Source: a virus
Lineage: Duplodnaviria; Caudoviricetes
Strand: one strand, 5' to 3'
DNA length: 29,905 nucleotides
Virus record (IMG/VR): IMGVR_UViG_3300009678_000120
Span: 1 to 29,905 of that record
Below are positions 25,585 to 29,905 of this stretch, piece by piece. Made by a program: the position numbers and the translations under genes. How positions within the stretch are numbered: the first letter of the stretch is position 1; the number at the start of each line of letters is the position of its first letter. Under the pieces are notes generated by a model. It ran no database searches. It had not been told where the DNA came from and saw only the letters and a program-made list of their open reading frames with translations.

Positions 25585-25748
25585 TGCCGCTCAAGAAGGG
25601 CAAGTCCCGCAAGGTGGTCAGCGAGAACATCCGCAACGAGATGGCTGCCGGTAAGCCGCAGAAGCAGGCGGTAGCCATTGCACTCAACACCGCGCGACGC
25701 GGCAAGAAGCCGAAGAAGCGCGGTCCCAAGGGAGCGAAGTACCAATGA
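25584..25748 (+). CDS. Small basic phage protein (54 aa, MPLKKGKS...SENI..EM..GKPQKQAVAIAL)
   Basis: Start re-called at ATG 25584 (TGATG overlap); recognisable recurring phage motif. Confidence 0.85.
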   Translation: MPLKKGKSRKVVSENIRNEMAAGKPQKQAVAIALNTARRGKKPKKRGPKGAKYQ

Positions 25749-25912
25749 CACTTCTCACGCTGATCTTCGTGGTGGTGCTGTGCATGATGCTGGTGTATCT
25801 CGGACAGCACGTTCCGGCTCCGTTCCCGTGGGTGCTGTACGCGATTGCCGCGCTGGTCATCCTGATCGTGCTGCTGCGCGTGCTGGGCGTCGATATGGGT
25901 GCCTCGCTGTGA
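25745..25912 (+). CDS. Two-TM membrane protein, holin candidate (55 aa)
   Basis: Translated by hand: MTLLTLIFVVVLCMMLVYLGQHVPAPFPWVLYAIAALVILIVLLRVLGVDMGASL; ATGA and GTGA overlaps; GGGAG SD; too short for the ORF track. Confidence 0.7.
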   Translation: MTLLTLIFVVVLCMMLVYLGQHVPAPFPWVLYAIAALVILIVLLRVLGVDMGASL

Positions 25913-27030
25913 CCAAGAACGTCACCGCGAAGTCACACACGATGGTCAGTGCCGGTGGTGGTGTGTGGGGCTCCTCGGGTGCGCCGCCCAGCGGCGGCAC
26001 GGCTGCGCTCGGGTGGAGCGCTCCCGCCGGGCTCGCCGCCGGTGGCATCCTGGTCATCACGACTGACGGCACGTTCAACTTCGGCACGCAGGGTCCGAAC
26101 GTCGCGCTGTACGACGACTACGCGGGTGGGGTGGCGGGCAACGCCATCGCGAACAACCACCCGCTGGTCGGGCTCTGGCTCGGCAACCTCGGCAACTACT
26201 CGCCCGCGATCTTCGCGAACGGTGGGCGCGACGGCTCGACCTGTGGCGCGATGTTCAACGCCGCCGGCTCCAGCACGCAGAAGGTGCGGAACAATCGCGC
26301 GAACCTCGGCGCGGCTGTCTCGGAGGTCTTCGCCTGTTGGTCAACCATGTTCCCCGGCGGCATCACGGGCTCGGGCACGCCGGGTGTGTGGCCGGCTAGC
26401 TCGCACCTGAAGAACATCTGGTTCTCGCATGGCGATGCCATCGAGTCGGGTGACGGCAACGACATCGTGCTGTACTCGCACAGCAGCCAGACCGCGTCCA
26501 CCGTGGTCGGCAACGATTCGAGCGACACCGTCTACTTCGACGCCGCGACCAAGTCGCAGGGCAACTATGACTTTGCCGGGTGGAACGTCTACGAGTCGTG
26601 GCTGAAGGGCGGGCCGAATCCGATGGTGGACAAGTCCACGGTGTACGGCTGCCTCTCGAATGCGAATCACAAGGGTGAACAGACGCGCACCGATGGCAAC
26701 CCTTTCGATCCGACTGATGGCGTCCTCGACCGCGTGCAGTTCCCCGGCTGGTTCGGCAACCTGAACTCGAGCGAGGTGGGTTTCAACCCGCTGGTCGATG
26801 ATCTCTACGTTGCGTACGGTCCCGGCTCACCGGCGCGTATGATCCTCGGCGACGCGCCGACATGGGCAGCGGTGAAGCAGCGGTGGCTCGCGCCGCCGAT
26901 CACCGGGCAGTGGGGCCAGCTTGCCGCGCAGTGCCGCATCCCGAAGACGCTGAGTGGCATACAGGGTCTGTTCCTGTATGTGCGTGACGGCAACAACGGG
27001 CTGGTCAACGCGAACGGAGTGCTGATATGA
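25909..27030 (+). CDS. Putative lectin/jelly-roll virion accessory protein (373 aa)
   Basis: Start re-called at GTG 25909; Gly/Asn/Trp-rich beta pattern (WNVYESWLK, DDLYVA, ARMILGDAPTW). Confidence 0.6.
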   Translation: MTKNVTAKSHTMVSAGGGVWGSSGAPPSGGTAALGWSAPAGLAAGGILVITTDGTFNFGTQGPNVALYDDYAGGVAGNAIANNHPLVGLWLGNLGNYSPAIFANGGRDGSTCGAMFNAAGSSTQKVRNNRANLGAAVSEVFACWSTMFPGGITGSGTPGVWPASSHLKNIWFSHGDAIESGDGNDIVLYSHSSQTASTVVGNDSSDTVYFDAATKSQGNYDFAGWNVYESWLKGGPNPMVDKSTVYGCLSNANHKGEQTRTDGNPFDPTDGVLDRVQFPGWFGNLNSSEVGFNPLVDDLYVAYGPGSPARMILGDAPTWAAVKQRWLAPPITGQWGQLAAQCRIPKTLSGIQGLFLYVRDGNNGLVNANGVLI

Positions 27031-28679
27031 CCGCTGCGGTTGATACCAACCTGACCACCGGGTACACCATCACTGTCGGCACCACGGGTGGTTCAATCAG
27101 TGCGGTCAAGCCCAGTGCGGTGGTCGCCGGGGACTATGTTCTGGCGTGCATCTCGCTGCGAGTGGGGACGGCACCAACGCTCGCCACGTTCCCAGATCAG
27201 GCGGGTTTCACGACGCTGTACTCGGTCGGTGGGGCCAGCGTCAGCGCCCGTCACTCCTGGGTCGGAGTCAGGAAGATCGACGGCGGCGAGGGCGCGAACT
27301 TCGCGTTCGACTGGTCGTCCATCGGCGGCACCTACACCGCCTCAATAGCTGGCGTATTCCGCATCACGGGCGCGGATGCAACGACGTTCCTCGACACACT
27401 GGTCACCAATGACATCAGCTACTCCGATACCGGGTCTGGCTGGTCGCTGGACCCCGCGAGCGTCACCACGACCGAAGCGAACGTCCTGCTGATCGGCATC
27501 TATCTAGGAAAGCCGGGCAACCTGCTGGTCAACGACGACACTGTTTTCCCTGCTGGTCAGACCAAGGTCTATCGCGGCGGGCAGACATCGTGGGGTGGAT
27601 CAACCTCTGCCCAACTCGCGCTCAGTTTCCAAGTGCAAGCTGCCGCTGGAGCGAGTGGCGCGAAGCAATGGAAGCTGTCTACCGGCGCAAGTGTCTTTGG
27701 CTCGGCGCTCAACTTCGGGGTCAAGTCGGCAGCGGCACTCAACCCGGAGGTGACGCTCGCGAGCCCCGGAACCGGCGTCGGCTACATCGACGCGGTCGCG
27801 CCGCTGGTGACCGGCAACAAGCTCGAGTGGATCGCGGTGACCTCGCCCGGCGGCTACCCGGTGACCGTGAACGCGAACGCGAGCTTCACCATCAGCGGCA
27901 ATCCGCCCGATGGCAGCTACACGTTCGATGTGCGCGCGTGGGACGGTGTGTGGGGTCCGTTCGCCACCCAGACCGCAGTGATCGCGGGCGGTGTGGTCGT
28001 GGGCACGCCACCCAACTACTTCCTCGGGTCGAACCCGGTCATCACGGGAGAGGGCTCTGCGCTGCCTGTGCGGCTGCCTGTGAAGAAGCCGGTCGTGAAG
28101 CCTGCCAAGGGTGGCGGCAGCAAGGCGCGGCCCGCTGGCGCGCAACAGGTGGTCGTGTTCACCGACAACTTTGATCGCGCCAACGGTGCGATGGGTGCGA
28201 ATTGGACACAGGTCACGAACCCGAACACGCTGCAAGTCCTGAGTAACCAACTCGCCATCGTCAACAACCAGCCGGGGAGCGCTCGGGCCAACGCTGTACT
28301 GGCGAACAACCAGTACTGCAAGATCAAAGCTGTCACTGTCCCGACTGCTGCCCCCGACAACGAGTCAGCTTTCCTGTACGTTCGCTGGAACGGTACGGCT
28401 GGATATTTCATCCAGTGGACGACGACCTATTTCCGGCTGGCGCGCGATCCGGGCGATGTGTTCCTCGCCAATGCTGGCGCTCAGGGTGTAGCGATCAACG
28501 ACATCATCGAGATCGGCATCATAGGCACGACGATCTCCTGCAAGATAAACGGGGTGGAGAAGATCTCCTTCGTGGACGCTACTCACGCCGCCGGAAGTGC
28601 CGGGGTCCGGGTGAACATCTTCGGAGTGTCCCTCGCTAACGGTAAGCTCGATGACTTTGAGTGCGGGAACATTGTCTAA
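27027..28679 (+). CDS. Multi-domain beta-rich putative virion accessory protein (550 aa)
   Basis: ATGA overlap with GGAG SD; N-terminal beta domain, Ig-like YTFDVRA segment, Lys/Pro linker, C-terminal FTDNFDRANG...DDFE ConA-like domain. Confidence 0.65.
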   Translation: MTAAVDTNLTTGYTITVGTTGGSISAVKPSAVVAGDYVLACISLRVGTAPTLATFPDQAGFTTLYSVGGASVSARHSWVGVRKIDGGEGANFAFDWSSIGGTYTASIAGVFRITGADATTFLDTLVTNDISYSDTGSGWSLDPASVTTTEANVLLIGIYLGKPGNLLVNDDTVFPAGQTKVYRGGQTSWGGSTSAQLALSFQVQAAAGASGAKQWKLSTGASVFGSALNFGVKSAAALNPEVTLASPGTGVGYIDAVAPLVTGNKLEWIAVTSPGGYPVTVNANASFTISGNPPDGSYTFDVRAWDGVWGPFATQTAVIAGGVVVGTPPNYFLGSNPVITGEGSALPVRLPVKKPVVKPAKGGGSKARPAGAQQVVVFTDNFDRANGAMGANWTQVTNPNTLQVLSNQLAIVNNQPGSARANAVLANNQYCKIKAVTVPTAAPDNESAFLYVRWNGTAGYFIQWTTTYFRLARDPGDVFLANAGAQGVAINDIIEIGIIGTTISCKINGVEKISFVDATHAAGSAGVRVNIFGVSLANGKLDDFECGNIV

Positions 28680-28866
28680 AACACTCGTCCTCGCGTTTCT
28701 GCTGCTGTCGCTCATTGCAGGGTGTGCGACATCCGTAAGGCGCGAGGGCGAGTTCCTCCTGCTCGCCTGCACGTTCATGTGCGTGCTGCGGATCACCGAT
28801 GGCGAGGGGACGCTGGAGTCGCAGTTGCGGAAGAAGCGCGCACCGGATGAAGCTGGTTCCCGCTGA
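28672..28866 (+). CDS. Putative lipoprotein (about 64 aa)
   Basis: MSKTLVLAFLLLSLIAG-C signal peptide with lipobox; start either TTG 28672 or ATG 28651. Confidence 0.6.
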   Translation: MSKTLVLAFLLLSLIAGCATSVRREGEFLLLACTFMCVLRITDGEGTLESQLRKKRAPDEAGSR

Positions 28867-29038
28867 TCGCGTTGCGGTCGCTGCGGCAACTGCTGGGCGT
28901 GCAGGAGAAGAATGCCCAGTAGACCTGGTTGTTCTTGCGTAGTCGGCAGCGCACGGTCGTGCGTAGCTCCATCTCCAGAATCTCGAAGCCGTACTTGTCG
29001 CAGATGAAGCGGATCTCGCGCTCGCGAATCTTGTTCAT
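28793..29038 (-). CDS. Hypothetical protein (81 aa, MNKIREREIRFIC...TPSSCRSDRN)
   Basis: Start re-called at ATG 29038 (ATGA overlap, AAGGA SD); 3' end overlaps the convergent lipoprotein gene. Confidence 0.6.
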   Translation of the reverse strand: MNKIREREIRFICDKYGFEILEMELRTTVRCRLRKNNQVYWAFFSCTPSSCRSDRNAISGNQLHPVRASSATATPASPRHR

Positions 29039-29220
29039 GGTTTCAGTTCCTTCGCCATTTCCTTGATGACCCGCACCAGGTATCTCTCGAGTGCCGTGAC
29101 CGGCTTCACGCCTTCCATGCCGGCGTAGACCTCGTAGGCATCGTGGACCCGGCGCGCCAGCACCGTGCGCCCGTGCAGCGCGCAGGAGTGGCATATGCAT
29201 TCATCCAGTGGCTCGTGCAT
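29035..29220 (-). CDS. Hypothetical protein (61 aa, EVYAGMEG motif)
   Basis: Start re-called at ATG 29220 (TGATG overlap, GAGGA SD). Confidence 0.75.
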   Translation of the reverse strand: MHEPLDECICHSCALHGRTVLARRVHDAYEVYAGMEGVKPVTALERYLVRVIKEMAKELKP

Positions 29221-29462
29221 CAGGATTCCTCTTTTGGTTTGGTGCGCTCGGTCAGCGGGTCGGTGTCCCACGCGAAGAAGTGCCGCATCCAGCACATGCG
29301 TTCGTTGGTCATCGCGGTGTAGTAGGTGTCGGTCTTGCCGTCCTTGGTGAGGAACACCAGCGCGATGTCCTCGATCTCGTCTGCCTGCTCGAGCATGTGC
29401 AGGAGCATGACACGGGGGTTCGTGCGAACCCCCGGCAGCATCTCGACCTTAGGCTTGGGCAT
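29220..29462 (-). CDS. Hypothetical protein (80 aa)
   Basis: Tiles the leftward block. Confidence 0.7.
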   Translation of the reverse strand: MPKPKVEMLPGVRTNPRVMLLHMLEQADEIEDIALVFLTKDGKTDTYYTAMTNERMCWMRHFFAWDTDPLTERTKPKEES

Positions 29463-29772
29463 CGGTCAGCTTCTCGATACGCTCGAGCAGGCGCGTGCGC
29501 TCTTCTTGCAGGCGCAGCACGGTCTGGCCCAGCGAGTGGTTCTGGTTCCGCAGCGCGACGTACTCGGCGGCGAAGCGCGGGTCGGACATCGAGCGCATCG
29601 CCACCGCGAGATCCATCATCGCCATGCGGAATTTCTCATCGCTATCGACCTCGCCATCGCGCCAGAAGATCTGGCCGGTCTGCGTGATGCGGATCACGGG
29701 CTCGCCGTTCGCGTCCATGACCATCAGCGCGGGATCTGTGGGCGTGGCGGGTCGTTCGGTCACTATGTCCAT
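29449..29772 (-). CDS. Hypothetical protein with C-terminal coiled coil (107 aa)
   Basis: AGGAG SD; heptad pattern at the C-terminus. Confidence 0.75.
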   Translation of the reverse strand: MDIVTERPATPTDPALMVMDANGEPVIRITQTGQIFWRDGEVDSDEKFRMAMMDLAVAMRSMSDPRFAAEYVALRNQNHSLGQTVLRLQEERTRLLERIEKLTDAQA

Positions 29773-29780
29773 GTCGTCTC

Positions 29781-29903
29781 CTAGTTGTAGCTGAAATTCT
29801 CAGCTTTCGATTGTCGGATCATTTCATCGATCATCCCGATGTCGAGCTTCATCAGGTGATCCACGCAACTGTCGTCGTTGTGGCAGAGCATCACGATCTC
29901 GCC
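29781..29903 (-). CDS. C-terminal part of a hypothetical protein entering from the right edge (...MIDEMIRQSKAENFSYN)
   Basis: Open frame from the window edge to TAG at 29783-29781, which overlaps the next SD. Confidence 0.6.
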   Translation of the reverse strand, partial: GEIVMLCHNDDSCVDHLMKLDIGMIDEMIRQSKAENFSYN

Positions 29904-29905
29904 CA

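Larger units (their letters stand above)
1..29905. mobile_element. Tailed bacteriophage (or prophage) genome segment, P22-like podovirus morphogenesis module
   Basis: Gene order terS-terL-portal-scaffold-coat-gp4-gp10-ejection proteins-tail fibre; no tape measure or sheath gene; flanked by dense small hypothetical ORFs; no host housekeeping gene seen. Confidence 0.95.

Noticed and set aside
23459-28679. Diversity-generating retroelement target in fibre or lectin genes
   Set aside because: No reverse transcriptase and no template/variable repeat pair differing at adenines was seen in the window.
28793-29038. HicA-like toxin call for the TPSSCRSDRN-containing ORF
   Set aside because: Only a faint motif resemblance, no adjacent antitoxin and no catalytic His context; left as hypothetical.

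Overview
About 30 kb of a GC-rich tailed phage with a P22-like (podovirus-type) head-tail module. It has four parts. (1) 1-5680: a leftward operon of about 17 small hypothetical genes, including a Gp88-family Cys-cluster protein; the genes are joined by recurring junction motifs and the ~2500-5700 stretch has a strongly skewed, CGCG-rich composition. (2) ~5690-6540: a non-coding control region with a sigma70-type leftward promoter, two perfect DnaA boxes, a tandem 20-mer and eight CCASTGG motifs. (3) 6544-28866: a rightward morphogenesis operon with TerS, TerL, portal, scaffold, coat, gp4- and gp10-like tail proteins, ejection proteins, several beta-rich fibre/lectin-like proteins, a holin candidate and a lipoprotein. 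(4) 28793-29905: the end of a convergent leftward block of hypothetical genes. No integrase, replication gene, endolysin, tRNA or CRISPR array is recognisable. The most notable observations are a duplicated stop-hairpin-leader cassette with covarying stems, paired CCWGG-N3-CCWGG motifs at early gene junctions, a T7-like first-entering-region layout around the Gp88-like gene, and a scaffold C-terminal motif (RGPKGAxY[E/Q]-stop) reused on a small basic late protein. All product calls come from recalled motifs and gene order, not from database searches.
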